Assembly (NCBI GenBank): GCA_016938425.1
Contig: JAFGUR010000083.1
Coordinates: 1 to 40,737 of the forward strand
Direction of reading: 5' to 3'
Length of the DNA: 40,737 nucleotides
From: Fusobacteriaceae bacterium
Lineage (GTDB): Bacteria; Fusobacteriota; Fusobacteriia; Fusobacteriales; Fusobacteriaceae
The translations under genes were made by a program, and so were the position numbers. How positions within the stretch are numbered: position 1 is the stretch's first letter; each line of letters starts with the position of its first letter. A model generated the notes under the pieces. The model was given only the letters and a program-made list of their open reading frames with translations. It had not been told where the DNA came from and ran no database searches. Shown one piece after another: positions 14,591 to 24,918 of the stretch.

Positions 14591-14617
14591 AAACTAAAAA
14601 TATAAGGAGGTATTAAA

Positions 14618-15238
14618 ATGATTTTGTCTACAGAAGTTTTGTTAAAAAGTAATTTGGATAATTTTTTAGTTATTGGTGATGATACTGGATGGATTATTGA
14701 AGAAAACAATGTATCTACAGGATATCACTGGGAAATTCTTCCAGATAACTCCGGAACATATGAAATTATTGAAGATATTGCTCTTCTACCTGCAACTAGC
14801 TTACTTGGTGTCTCTGGTTATAAAATATGGAAAATTAAACCAATTAAAATAGGAACAGGAACTATTTTATTAAATAAATTTGCTCCTGGTAAAACAGATT
14901 CACCTTCCATTACAGATAGTTTCTCTATTATTGTTAGTGATAAAAAATCAAATAATTTAGAAATAGATAATGAATTAAATGCAACAGTAGGAGGATGGAG
15001 TTCTTTCCATGATTTAAGCTCTGAAGAAAAAGCTCTATTTGAAAAAGCTATGATTTCTCTAAAAGGAGTAGATTATGTTCCTTATTCTGTTTCTACACAA
15101 GTTGTAGCAGGAATTAATTATCGTTTTAAATGTACTGCAACAGTAGTATATCCAAATGCAAAACCTTATAAAGCTATTGTTCAAATTTATAAGCCTCTAA
15201 GTGGTGACCCAGTAATAACAGACATTCATAAATTTTAG
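14618..15238 (+). CDS. Two-domain cysteine-peptidase inhibitor: chagasin-like (I42) N-domain fused to stefin/cystatin-like (I25) C-domain
   Basis: N-domain carries the chagasin L2-type motif NVSTGYHW (14708-14731). C-domain carries the cystatin signature QVVAG (15098-15112), preceded by a GG (VGGW), and is collinear with stefin A (QVVAGINYRFK; IYKPLSGDPVIT). No signal peptide. Strong RBS AAGGAGG (14604-14610). Confidence 0.65.
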   Translation: MILSTEVLLKSNLDNFLVIGDDTGWIIEENNVSTGYHWEILPDNSGTYEIIEDIALLPATSLLGVSGYKIWKIKPIKIGTGTILLNKFAPGKTDSPSITDSFSIIVSDKKSNNLEIDNELNATVGGWSSFHDLSSEEKALFEKAMISLKGVDYVPYSVSTQVVAGINYRFKCTATVVYPNAKPYKAIVQIYKPLSGDPVITDIHKF

Positions 15239-15249
15239 TTTTTAAGGCA

Positions 15250-15288
15250 AAAGAGTTCAAATTTTAATAATTTGAGCTCTTTTTTTTA
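15250..15288 (+). terminator. Intrinsic terminator
   Basis: Hairpin AAGAGTTCAAA..TTTGAGCTCTT followed by TTTTTTT, 12 nt after the stop codon. Confidence 0.65.
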
Positions 15289-15462
15289 CTTAACAATGTT
15301 CTTTCTAAGTAAATAAAACTTCAAATTTTCTATAATGAATGACTCTTCATTTATTATAGGATTAATTATAGTTAATTATAATTATTTATTTCTATCCTAA
15401 CCTTGTAATCTTATATTAAACATGTTAAAATTAGTTCTAAAAAAATAAAAAGGAGTTAATTT

Positions 15463-16734
15463 ATGAAAAAATTTCTTTTAGTATCTATTATTGCTTCAAT
15501 TAATTTAATCGGTGCTACTATCGACCACATTATGAATTACACTGTAGAATATAATGCAAATCCTTCTTTACAAGGAGCTATTAGTGAAGAATCCTCTGTA
15601 AATTACAATCCAGCAGGATTAATGGAACTTGAAAATGGAACATACCTTAATGGAGGACTTCAAGTTGCAATAGGTCATCAATGGATGGAGTATAACAATG
15701 AAGAATATGGGGCTAACCATGTTTCACCAATTCCAAATTTGTCAGTTTATAAAAAAGATGACAAAAAAGCACTATATTGGACTCTCGGTGGAATTGCTGG
15801 GGGAGCAGAGTTAGATTATAAAGATGGAATTGCAACTTATGATGTTCTAGGTAATTCAAGTTATAGTTTCATAGGAACAGCTAGTGATGATAGCTGGGCA
15901 AAGGGAAGTAGTACATATTACCAAACAACTTTAGGAAGTGCTTTTAAACTTAATGATAAATTTTCTATGGCTATAGGTGGAAGAGCCGTTTATGCCATAA
16001 GAGATTTCCAAGGTGAGTTAGAAGTTGAAGGTGCTGGATTAGGTACTGGACAAACAGCAACTATTGACGCAGAGCGTAAAGCAACTGGATTTGGAGCTCA
16101 ATTAGGATTAAACTATAAAGCAACTGATAAATTAAATATAGGTTTAAGATATGATAGTAAAGTTAAGTTAAATTTTAAAACTAAATCTACAGAAAGTAAG
16201 ATTAATTTGACAGCTTTAAGCACTACATTTGGATATTCAAATCTTTATGGTGAGTATGCTGATGGTGCTAGTGGATATAGAGACTTACCTGCTATACTTG
16301 CACTAGGAATTCAATATGATTTAACTGATAAATATACTATTTATTCAGGTGCAAATTATTATTTTAATAAAGAAGCTAATATTGATGAAAAATTTGTAAC
16401 TGCTGATAAAACGATTGATAGTAGAAAATATAAAGATGGTTGGGAATTATCTATAGGAAATCAATATAAACTAACTGATAAATTTTCAATTCTTTCTGGT
16501 GTAAACTATGCAAAAACAGGAGCTTCTTCTGTAAATTATAGAGACTCTGAATATGCTATAAATTCTCTTATGATTGGATTAGGAGCAAAATACAAATATA
16601 ACGAAACTTTAGAATTTGTGGGAGCTCTTTCTCATTATTTTTATGAAAGTGATGAAGGGAAAACTCTTGGTAAAACTGTTAAGTATAATAAAGACATAAC
16701 TAACATTGGATTTGGACTTACAAAAAAAATATAA
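15463..16734 (+). CDS. FadL/OmpP1/TodX-family outer-membrane transport protein
   Basis: Signal peptide. N-terminal hatch motif NYNPAGL. Alternating beta-strand pattern rich in G/Y/N. About 420 aa. Confidence 0.7.
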   Translation: MKKFLLVSIIASINLIGATIDHIMNYTVEYNANPSLQGAISEESSVNYNPAGLMELENGTYLNGGLQVAIGHQWMEYNNEEYGANHVSPIPNLSVYKKDDKKALYWTLGGIAGGAELDYKDGIATYDVLGNSSYSFIGTASDDSWAKGSSTYYQTTLGSAFKLNDKFSMAIGGRAVYAIRDFQGELEVEGAGLGTGQTATIDAERKATGFGAQLGLNYKATDKLNIGLRYDSKVKLNFKTKSTESKINLTALSTTFGYSNLYGEYADGASGYRDLPAILALGIQYDLTDKYTIYSGANYYFNKEANIDEKFVTADKTIDSRKYKDGWELSIGNQYKLTDKFSILSGVNYAKTGASSVNYRDSEYAINSLMIGLGAKYKYNETLEFVGALSHYFYESDEGKTLGKTVKYNKDITNIGFGLTKKI

Positions 16735-16745
16735 ACTTATCATTT

Positions 16746-16776
16746 AGAGGCAATCATAAATTTGCCTCTTTTTTTA
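16746..16776 (+). terminator. Intrinsic terminator
   Basis: AGAGGCAA-tcataaat-TTGCCTCT followed by TTTTTTT. Confidence 0.7.
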
Positions 16777-16922
16777 TACTGATTGAAAACTATAATTTTT
16801 AAGCAGGCATAACAAGCATTATAAAATCTTCAAATTATTTAGATGTTTCATAAAAAAATTTAGACAAAGCAATATTCCTTATGTTATAATAATTAGGATA
16901 TTCTATATAATGGGGGAAGTTT

Positions 16923-19082
16923 ATGTTAGACTTAATTAAAATTGTTGCCGATGAATTACAACTTTCAAGAAGCAGCGTAGAAAACACCGTAAAATTATTA
17001 GATGAGGATGCAACGGTTCCTTTTATAGCGAGATATAGAAAAGAAGTTACTGGAAGTCTTGATGAAGAACAAATTAGAAACATTGATGACAAAATTAAAT
17101 ACCTTCGTAATCTTGAAAAAAGAAAAGAAGAAGTATTAAGACTTATTGAAGAACAAGGCAAACTTACAGAAGACCTTTCTAAGGCAATAAGTAAAGCAAT
17201 AAAATTACAAGAGGTAGAAGATTTATATTTACCATATAAAAAGAAAAAGAAAACAAAAGCTGATATTGCTAAAGAACAAGGCCTTGAGCCTTTAGCTAAT
17301 TTTGTCTTAACAGCCAAGAAGGTAGAAGACATAAATATCGAAGCTGAAAAATTCATTACTGAAGAAGTTTTAGATGTAGCTAGTGCTGTTGAAGGTGCTA
17401 AACTCATTTTAGCACAAAATCTTTCTGAGAATGCACAGTATAGAGAGAGTTTAAGAAATAGAATGTTAAAATATGGTATCATTACTGCCACTTTAATTGA
17501 AAAAAACAAATCTAATGACGAAAAACAAGTTTACAAAGATTACTATGCTCATGAGGAAAAAGTAAGTTTTATTGCTTCTCATAGAACTTTAGCACTAAAT
17601 AGAGGTGAAAAAGAAAATATTTTAAGAGTTGCAATAAAATTTGATGAAAAAACTAGAGAGTTTGTTAATATTGAAGGAATTAATATTTTTAAAAATCGTC
17701 AAATTGAAAATTTCTTAGGAGAAATTGTTATTGATTCTTTAGACAGATTAATTTTACCTTCAATTGAAAGAGAAGTTAGAAATATTTTAACTGAAAAAGC
17801 TGAAATAGATTCTACTAAAATCTTTAAAGAAAACTTAAAAAATTTATTAATGCAACCACCTTTAAAAGAAAAATCTATTTTAGGACTTGACCCTGGCTTT
17901 AGAACTGGTTGTAAAACTGTTGTTATTAACAAAAATGGGTTCTTTGAAATAGATGATGTTTTATATTTGGTAGAAGAAATGCATTCACCAAAACAAGTGG
18001 AAAATGCTAAAAATAAAATTTTATCATATATTGAAAAATATGATATTGATATAATTGCCATTGGAAATGGTACTGCCTCAAGAGAAACAGAAAGTTTTGT
18101 TGCAAAAGTTATAAAAGAAGCTAAAAAGAAAGTGTTCTATATTATTGTAAATGAAGCTGGAGCTTCTGTCTATAGTGCTTCTAAGCTTGCTGCAGAAGAA
18201 TTTCCAAATTTAGACGTTACTGCAAGAGGAGCTATTTCAATAGCTAGAAGAATTCAAGACCCTCTTGCTGAACTTGTTAAAATTGATCCAAAATCTATTG
18301 GTGTTGGAATGTATCAACATGATTTAAATCAAAAAAATCTTGAAGGTTCTCTTGGTGAAGTTATCGAATCCGTTGTTAATAATGTGGGAGTTAATGCAAA
18401 TACTGCTTCTTGGGCTTTATTATCTTATGTTTCAGGAATCAAGAAAAACATTGCTAAAAATATCGTTGACCATAGACAAGAAAATGGAAACTTTAAAAAT
18501 AGAAAACAACTCTTAAAAGTAAAAGGATTAGGAGAGAAAGCCTATACTTTAGCTGCTGGATTTATAGTTGTTCCTGATGGAGAAAATCCTTTAGATAATA
18601 CTATTATTCATCCAGAATCTTATGATATCGCTAAAAAAATGTTAGCAGAAACAAATTTAAGTCTTGAAGATTTAAATGATAGAAATAAAATTTCTGAAAA
18701 ATTAAAAAATTTAAATGTTGAAGAATTTGCTAAAAAAAATGGTTTTGGAAAAGAAACAACTATTGATATTTTTAATGCTTTATGTAAAGAAAGAAGAGAT
18801 CCCAGAGATAGTATTCCTACACCGATTTTAAAATCTGATATTTTAAAAATTGAGGATTTAAAAGAAGGAATGGAGCTTGAAGGTACTGTTAGAAATGTAA
18901 CAAATTTTGGGGCCTTTATTGACATTGGACTTAAAAATGATGCTTTACTTCATATTTCTGAATTTCCTACAAGAATTAATGATTTACTAAGTATTTTATC
19001 TGTTGGAGATATTATAAAAGTTAAAATTAAAGGAGTAGAACTAGAAAGAGGCAGAGTTTCATTAACAAAAAAGGGGTTATAA
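16923..19082 (+). CDS. tex: Tex-family transcription accessory protein (S1 RNA-binding)
   Basis: N-terminal Tex HTH (TVPFIARYRKEVTGSLDEEQI). YqgF/RuvC-like centre (LGLDPGFRTGCK). HhH region. C-terminal S1 domain (GTVRNVTNFGAFIDIG). Confidence 0.9.
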   Translation: MLDLIKIVADELQLSRSSVENTVKLLDEDATVPFIARYRKEVTGSLDEEQIRNIDDKIKYLRNLEKRKEEVLRLIEEQGKLTEDLSKAISKAIKLQEVEDLYLPYKKKKKTKADIAKEQGLEPLANFVLTAKKVEDINIEAEKFITEEVLDVASAVEGAKLILAQNLSENAQYRESLRNRMLKYGIITATLIEKNKSNDEKQVYKDYYAHEEKVSFIASHRTLALNRGEKENILRVAIKFDEKTREFVNIEGINIFKNRQIENFLGEIVIDSLDRLILPSIEREVRNILTEKAEIDSTKIFKENLKNLLMQPPLKEKSILGLDPGFRTGCKTVVINKNGFFEIDDVLYLVEEMHSPKQVENAKNKILSYIEKYDIDIIAIGNGTASRETESFVAKVIKEAKKKVFYIIVNEAGASVYSASKLAAEEFPNLDVTARGAISIARRIQDPLAELVKIDPKSIGVGMYQHDLNQKNLEGSLGEVIESVVNNVGVNANTASWALLSYVSGIKKNIAKNIVDHRQENGNFKNRKQLLKVKGLGEKAYTLAAGFIVVPDGENPLDNTIIHPESYDIAKKMLAETNLSLEDLNDRNKISEKLKNLNVEEFAKKNGFGKETTIDIFNALCKERRDPRDSIPTPILKSDILKIEDLKEGMELEGTVRNVTNFGAFIDIGLKNDALLHISEFPTRINDLLSILSVGDIIKVKIKGVELERGRVSLTKKGL

Positions 19083-19083
19083 T

Positions 19084-21498
19084 ATGAAATATGGCAAGAA
19101 TTCTATATTGCTAAAATCAATTTTTTATAATGATTTATCTATATTATTAAGCAGTTTTGTTGTGTTTCTAACTATTTCGTTCATCCTTTTTACTGGACAA
19201 AATGAAAAATTACCAGCTATTTTAGAAGATTCAAATAAAAAAATATTGGTTTCATATGACCATCTTTTAGAAAATATTCAAATGAATTTAAAAAATGTTG
19301 TTAGTGAAGATTTTATTGTAAGAAAGTTAGAAGTTATAGATTTAGCTGTTGTAGCAAATCCACAACAAACAATTGTTAATCAATCTACAGAAGAAATTTT
19401 TAAAAATATAAGTACTAATTCTGCTTTCTCTAAATACTTAGGTTCTGATATTATAGGCGTTTCTCTATTTAATAGTAATGGGGATAACTTAAATGAATAT
19501 TTCAATCCTCTTAAAAGCAAAAGTAATAATAATATTTATTCAGCCAGTAGAGATATTTTATTTTTTAAAAATTACTCTAAAAGCCATAAAAATTATAGTT
19601 ATCTTGACTATATTGAAGAAACTGATGAACTGGTTTTAAGAACATTTATAACTTTTGAAGATGAGTATAAATATATTAAGTATATTATGATTTCAACTAT
19701 TATTGATAATTCTTTCTTAGAGAAAATTAAAGAATATGTTAAACTAGATGAAGGAATTAAGCTTTTTTTACTTTATGACGGTGTATTCATCACTGGTGAG
19801 CTTAATATGCAAAAAGGAAAGAACTTCTTCTCAAGTCTTGGATTTGTTAATAATGATAAACCTATCTCTGAAGAAAGAATGATTCATGGTGATGTTTATT
19901 CTATATCTTATGCTCCTGTTAAAGATGGTCAAAATCAAACAATAGGACTAATTGGAGTTGCTATATCTAAATATTCTATTTTCCAATTTACCTTTATTGA
20001 ATATTTTATAGCTATTATTGTTATTTTATCTTTAATGGTTCTAATTTCTTATGTTTTTGGAAAAATATATGAGCGTCAATTTGCTCCTATTAAAGACATT
20101 AAAAATTGTTTAAAAGAAATCTCTCTTGGAAATTATGACACTAAATTAAAAGTGAAAGCTGAAGGAGAATTCCGAGAACTTGCAGATGTAACAAAATCTT
20201 TAATAAATCATCTAAACGCTACACAAATTATTTTGGATAAAGAAAATAAGAGGCTTAATGAACAAATCAAAAGAACTAGTATGATAGAAAAGTTACTTCT
20301 AAATATTCATAGTGAAGATAATATTGATAACATAATAAATTATATTTTAAGTGCTATTACTTCAGAATACGGTCTAAATTATGGTAGAGCTATCTATTTA
20401 GAATTTGATTATGAACAAGAAATCTTAAAAGGTAAATATTCCGCTACTAATACAAGATTTGTAAATAGTGAAAATGAATATTTTAAGTTTCATACAAGCT
20501 TAAAACTTCATTCAGAATCTCTTGATAAAGTTGTTAAATTAATTAAACTTGACTTAGATGATAACGTTATCGCTGAATCTTTTAAATCAAAAGAAATTGT
20601 ATTTCATAATGATAGAGGCTTCAAATTTAACTTAGGTAGTGATTTATTAACAAGTTTAGGTTTAAATAATTTTATATTATTTCCTATCTTTACTCAAAAT
20701 AAAAAATATGGAATAATGATTATTGACCAAAATATGAATCTTAAAGACTTTGGTTATGAAGATATAGAGTTATTAAATTTATTATCAATGAATATTTCTA
20801 TCCACTTTAAAAATAAAGAAACTGAAAAAGAAAGATTACATAGTGAAAAAGATACTACAATTTCTTATTTCAGTAGTAAAATTTTAAGAGAAATTCAAAC
20901 ACCTACTGAACTTATTAAAAATACGATAAAAGAGTTTAATGAGAACAAATATATTGATAGTGAAAAAATGATTAAAATTGATAATAGTATTACTAAAATT
21001 AGCCACTTAAGTACTGCTGTTCTTGAGTATGCTGATATAAATGTTTATAGTTTTGATAAAATAGATTTAAAAGAAGTAATTGATAAAAGTATTGAAAATA
21101 TTAAACCTTTACTTACTGATAAATTAATTGATTTATCAAAATTATACACTCATAAAAAACCTGTAATCGCTAACTTTAACAAAATGGAAATTGTTGTTAC
21201 AGAAATATTAAAAAATGCTATTGAAGCCATTGATAAAATTGGAGGTAGACTAAATATAGCTACTAAAAATAAATCTGGTGGTTTACAAATAAAAATAACT
21301 GACAATGGAATTGGTATTGATGAAAAGAATATGAAAAAAATATTTGACCCTTTCTTTAGCTCTAAAGGAGCTCCTGGCTTAGGACTATCCATTGCAAAAA
21401 AAATATTAAAAGAACATAGTGGCGAAATCAGTATAAAATCTGAATTAAATAAAGGAACTGAAGTTAGAATACTTTTAAACATATATGAGGAGGAATAA
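19084..21498 (+). CDS. Membrane sensor kinase-like protein (extracytoplasmic domain-HAMP-GAF-DHp-HATPase) with degenerate H-box
   Basis: Two TM segments bracket a ~270 aa outer domain. HAMP-like segment after TM2. N box (LKNAIEA), G1 (DNGIGI) and G2 ([12 protein letters not shown]) are present. At the H-box position the sequence reads [11 protein letters not shown] (20872-20904), with Arg where SHELRTP has His. Confidence 0.65.
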   Translation: MKYGKNSILLKSIFYNDLSILLSSFVVFLTISFILFTGQNEKLPAILEDSNKKILVSYDHLLENIQMNLKNVVSEDFIVRKLEVIDLAVVANPQQTIVNQSTEEIFKNISTNSAFSKYLGSDIIGVSLFNSNGDNLNEYFNPLKSKSNNNIYSASRDILFFKNYSKSHKNYSYLDYIEETDELVLRTFITFEDEYKYIKYIMISTIIDNSFLEKIKEYVKLDEGIKLFLLYDGVFITGELNMQKGKNFFSSLGFVNNDKPISEERMIHGDVYSISYAPVKDGQNQTIGLIGVAISKYSIFQFTFIEYFIAIIVILSLMVLISYVFGKIYERQFAPIKDIKNCLKEISLGNYDTKLKVKAEGEFRELADVTKSLINHLNATQIILDKENKRLNEQIKRTSMIEKLLLNIHSEDNIDNIINYILSAITSEYGLNYGRAIYLEFDYEQEILKGKYSATNTRFVNSENEYFKFHTSLKLHSESLDKVVKLIKLDLDDNVIAESFKSKEIVFHNDRGFKFNLGSDLLTSLGLNNFILFPIFTQNKKYGIMIIDQNMNLKDFGYEDIELLNLLSMNISIHFKNKETEKERLHSEKDTTISYFSSKILREIQTPTELIKNTIKEFNENKYIDSEKMIKIDNSITKISHLSTAVLEYADINVYSFDKIDLKEVIDKSIENIKPLLTDKLIDLSKLYTHKKPVIANFNKMEIVVTEILKNAIEAIDKIGGRLNIATKNKSGGLQIKITDNGIGIDEKNMKKIFDPFFSSKGAPGLGLSIAKKILKEHSGEISIKSELNKGTEVRILLNIYEEE

Positions 21499-21499
21499 A

Positions 21500-24298
21500 A
21501 TGCAAGAAAAAGAGTTAGACTATGGAAAAACACTTAACCTTCCTAAAACTAGCTTTAACATGAAGGCTAATTTACCAAATAAAGAGCCTTTACTACTTAA
21601 AGAATGGAATGAAAAGAATATCTACAAAAAATCTTTAGAAGGCAAAACTAAAAAATTTATGTTACATGATGGCCCACCATATGCAAATGGAAATATTCAT
21701 ATTGGTCATGCTTTAAACAAGATTTTAAAAGATATTATTTTAAAATATAAAAGATTACAAGGCTTTGAAGCTCCATATATTCCAGGATGGGATACACATG
21801 GATTACCAATAGAATTAAAAGTTACAGAAGAATTAGGAGAAAAAGCTAAAACTATGTCTCCTTTAGAAATAAGACAAGAATGTACTAAATATGCTAAAAA
21901 ATGGGTTCAAAAACAAAAAGAGTCATTCATTAGACTAGGAATTTTAGGAGAATGGGATAATCCTTACTTAACTTTAAATCCAGAATATGAAGCAAAACAA
22001 CTTGAAGTATTTAAAGAATTATATTTAAACGGTTATATCTTTAAGGGTTTAAAACCAATTTATTGGTCACCAGTTACACAAACAGCCCTTGCAGAAGCTG
22101 AAATTGAATATAAAGATGTTGTTTCACCAAGTATTTATGTAAAAATGAATGTAAATCAAGATTTCTTAGAAAAATTAGGTGTAGAAGAAGCTGGTGTTAT
22201 AATTTGGACAACTACTCCTTGGACTTTACCTGCTAATATGGCAATTTGTTTAAACGCTGAATATCAATATGGTTTATACAAAACTTCAAAAGGTAATTTA
22301 TTATTGGCTAAAGAACTTGCTGAAAAAGCTTTTGCTGAAATGGGAATTACTGATATTGAATTGATTAAAGAATTTAAGGGAACTGAGTTAGAAAAATTAA
22401 CATATACTCATCCTTTCTTAGAAAGAACTGGATTTATTATTTTAGGTGACCATGTAACTTTAGACGCTGGTACAGGTTGCGTTCATACTGCTCCTGGTCA
22501 TGGACAAGAAGATTACGTTGTTGGAACAAAATATGGAATAGAAGTTGTTTGTCCTGTTGATAATCATGGTCATTTAACAACTGAAGCTGGAGAAAAATTT
22601 GCTGGTCTATTCTACAAAAAAGCTAACAAAGAAATTTGTGCTCATTTAGAAGAAACTGGACATTTGTTAAAATATAGTGAGTTTTCTCACTCTTATCCAC
22701 ATGATTGGAGATCAAAAACTCCAGTAATTTTTAGAGCTACAGAACAATGGTTTGTTAGAGTAGAAGGTTCTGACATTAGACAAAATGCTTTAAATGCTTT
22801 AAAAGAAGTTGAATTTGTTCCTGCATGGGGAATTAATAGAATTTCTAGCATGATAGAAAATAGACCTGACTGGTGTATTTCTAGGCAAAGAGCATGGGGA
22901 GTTCCTATTCCTATATTCTATAATAATCAAACTGGTCAAGAAATATTTGAAGCTGAAATTATTGATAAAGTAATCTCATTAGTAAAAGTTCAAGGTTCTG
23001 CAGCTTGGGTAAAATATTCTGCTGAAGAATTAATTGGTGAAGAACTTTTAGAAAAATATAATTTAAAAGGTATTGAACTTAGAAAAGAAACTAATATAAT
23101 GGATGTTTGGTTTGATTCTGGTGTTTCTCATAGAGGTGTTTTAGACACAAGAGAAGGATTATATAGACCTGCTGACTTATATTTAGAAGGTTCAGATCAA
23201 CATAGAGGATGGTTCCAAACTTCATTATTAACTTCTATTGGTAGTACAAAAGATGCACCTTATAAAAAAATCTTAACACATGGATTTGTTAACGATGGTG
23301 AAGGTAAGAAGATGTCTAAATCAATAGGAAATGTAGTTGCTCCAGAAGATGTTATTAAAACCTATGGTGCTGATATATTAAGACTTTGGTGTGCTTCTGT
23401 TGACTATAGAGATGACGTAAGAATCTCTGACTTGTTATTAAAACAAATGGCTGAAGCTTATAGAAGAATAAGAAATACAGCGAGATATATATTAGGAAAT
23501 ATCAGTGATTTTAATCCGTCTACAGATAAAGTTTCCTATGAAGATATGGCTGAAATTGACAAATGGGCTTTACATAAATTAGAAACTTTAAAGAAAAATG
23601 TAACTATCAACTATGATAAATACGAATTTTATAACTTATTCCATGAAATTCATTATTTTGCTGGAGTAGATATGTCTGCTTTCTATTTAGATATAATAAA
23701 AGATAGACTTTATACTGAAAAATTAGATTCCAAAGATAGAAGAGCTGCTCAAACTGTTATGTTTGAAGTATTAGTTTCATTAGTTAAAATGATTTCTCCT
23801 GTATTATCATTTACAGCAGAAGAAATATGGCAAGCTATGCCGGAAGTAGCTAAAGACGCTGATTCTATCCATTTAAGTAAATGGTATGAAGAAAATTCTA
23901 ACTATATCAATGATGAATTAGACCAAAAATGGGATAAAATAATTAAACTTAGAAAAGAAGTTAATAAAGTTTTAGAAAAAGGAAGACAAGGTGAAAATAA
24001 AATTATTGGTAACTCTTTAGACTCTGAAGTTACAATATTTAATTCTAACACTGAGTATTCAAGTTTATTAACAGAAACTGATTTATTAGAAACTATTTTC
24101 ATTGTTTCTAAATTAACAATTTCTGATTCAAAAGATGATTCATATAATTCTTGTGATGAAATAAATGATATCTTTATTAAAGTTACACATGCACCTGGAG
24201 AAAAATGTGAAAGATGTTGGAAATATTCTGAAAATTTAGGAACTCATACAGAACATCCTCATATTTGCCCAAGATGTACAGATGTTTTAACAAAATAA
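21500..24298 (+). CDS. ileS: Isoleucine--tRNA ligase
   Basis: HIGH motif ([14 protein letters not shown]), KMSKS ([10 protein letters not shown]), C-terminal zinc fingers (CERCWKY..CPRC). Start set at ATG 21500 after GAGGAGG (21487-21493); the track start 21485 would overlap the kinase gene. Confidence 0.95.
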   Translation: MQEKELDYGKTLNLPKTSFNMKANLPNKEPLLLKEWNEKNIYKKSLEGKTKKFMLHDGPPYANGNIHIGHALNKILKDIILKYKRLQGFEAPYIPGWDTHGLPIELKVTEELGEKAKTMSPLEIRQECTKYAKKWVQKQKESFIRLGILGEWDNPYLTLNPEYEAKQLEVFKELYLNGYIFKGLKPIYWSPVTQTALAEAEIEYKDVVSPSIYVKMNVNQDFLEKLGVEEAGVIIWTTTPWTLPANMAICLNAEYQYGLYKTSKGNLLLAKELAEKAFAEMGITDIELIKEFKGTELEKLTYTHPFLERTGFIILGDHVTLDAGTGCVHTAPGHGQEDYVVGTKYGIEVVCPVDNHGHLTTEAGEKFAGLFYKKANKEICAHLEETGHLLKYSEFSHSYPHDWRSKTPVIFRATEQWFVRVEGSDIRQNALNALKEVEFVPAWGINRISSMIENRPDWCISRQRAWGVPIPIFYNNQTGQEIFEAEIIDKVISLVKVQGSAAWVKYSAEELIGEELLEKYNLKGIELRKETNIMDVWFDSGVSHRGVLDTREGLYRPADLYLEGSDQHRGWFQTSLLTSIGSTKDAPYKKILTHGFVNDGEGKKMSKSIGNVVAPEDVIKTYGADILRLWCASVDYRDDVRISDLLLKQMAEAYRRIRNTARYILGNISDFNPSTDKVSYEDMAEIDKWALHKLETLKKNVTINYDKYEFYNLFHEIHYFAGVDMSAFYLDIIKDRLYTEKLDSKDRRAAQTVMFEVLVSLVKMISPVLSFTAEEIWQAMPEVAKDADSIHLSKWYEENSNYINDELDQKWDKIIKLRKEVNKVLEKGRQGENKIIGNSLDSEVTIFNSNTEYSSLLTETDLLETIFIVSKLTISDSKDDSYNSCDEINDIFIKVTHAPGEKCERCWKYSENLGTHTEHPHICPRCTDVLTK

Positions 24299-24315
24299 AT
24301 AGAGTGACTTATGTA

Positions 24316-24414
24316 ATGTCGTCAACTTAAAAAATTTTAAAGCTTAAAACTTCAACTCTCCCCTAATAAGGGGAGAGTTAGGGGGTTTAATTAGATTTAC
24401 TAAGTTGATACCAT
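24316..24414. mobile_element. Family-B small palindromic MITE, copy B2
   Basis: Inverted ends ATGTCGTCAACTT and AAGTTGATACCAT, each flanked by TA. An internal 11-bp-stem GC-rich hairpin (24354-24379) has the core CTCTCCCCT-aata-AGGGGAGAG. Homologous to 14370-14500. Confidence 0.7.
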
Positions 24415-24447
24415 TAATAGCGCCATTCTTATAACATAGGAGATATC

Positions 24448-24918
24448 ATGATTTTTTATATTTTTATTGCTATTTTAATAATTATAGATCAAATTTCAAA
24501 ACAAATGATTCACTCTAATTTTGAACTTGGTCAGACATTACCAATAATTAATGATTTTTTTCATTTAACTTATGTGCAAAATAGAGGAGTTGCTTTTGGT
24601 ATTCTACAAAATAAAGCTATTTTTATTAATTTTATAAGTATTGGTGCTGTATTATCAATGATTTGGTATCTACATCTTAATTATAAAAAAATTTCAAAAT
24701 TAGAAGTAATAACTTGGACTTTAATTATAGCTGGAGCCTTAGGAAATATTCTTGATAGAATTTTTAGAGGTTATGTTGTAGATATGATTGATTTTAGAGG
24801 TATTTGGCAATATGTATTTAATCTTGCAGATGCATATATAAATATTGGTATATTTTTAATGATTATAAGTTCAATTTTAGATACTTTAGCAAAAAAAAGA
24901 GGAGGAAACACTAAATGA
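24448..24918 (+). CDS. lspA: Lipoprotein signal peptidase (signal peptidase II)
   Basis: Motifs VQNRGVAFG and FNLADAYI, four TM segments, and the classical position downstream of ileS. Confidence 0.9.
   Translation: MIFYIFIAILIIIDQISKQMIHSNFELGQTLPIINDFFHLTYVQNRGVAFGILQNKAIFINFISIGAVLSMIWYLHLNYKKISKLEVITWTLIIAGALGNILDRIFRGYVVDMIDFRGIWQYVFNLADAYINIGIFLMIISSILDTLAKKRGGNTK

Noticed and set aside
16835-17509. 224-aa minus-strand ORF antisense to the 5-prime part of tex
   Set aside because: The translation is low-complexity and rich in S/F/L, with no RBS or recognisable motif. It lies fully inside the strongly supported Tex frame. Long antisense ORFs of this kind are expected in AT-rich DNA with few stop codons in that frame.
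21480-24447. T-box leaders for ileS or glyQS
   Set aside because: ileS starts 1 nt after the kinase stop codon and glyQ overlaps lspA, so there is no leader of the required ~200 nt. The only structured spacer (24299-24447) is explained by the family-B MITE.
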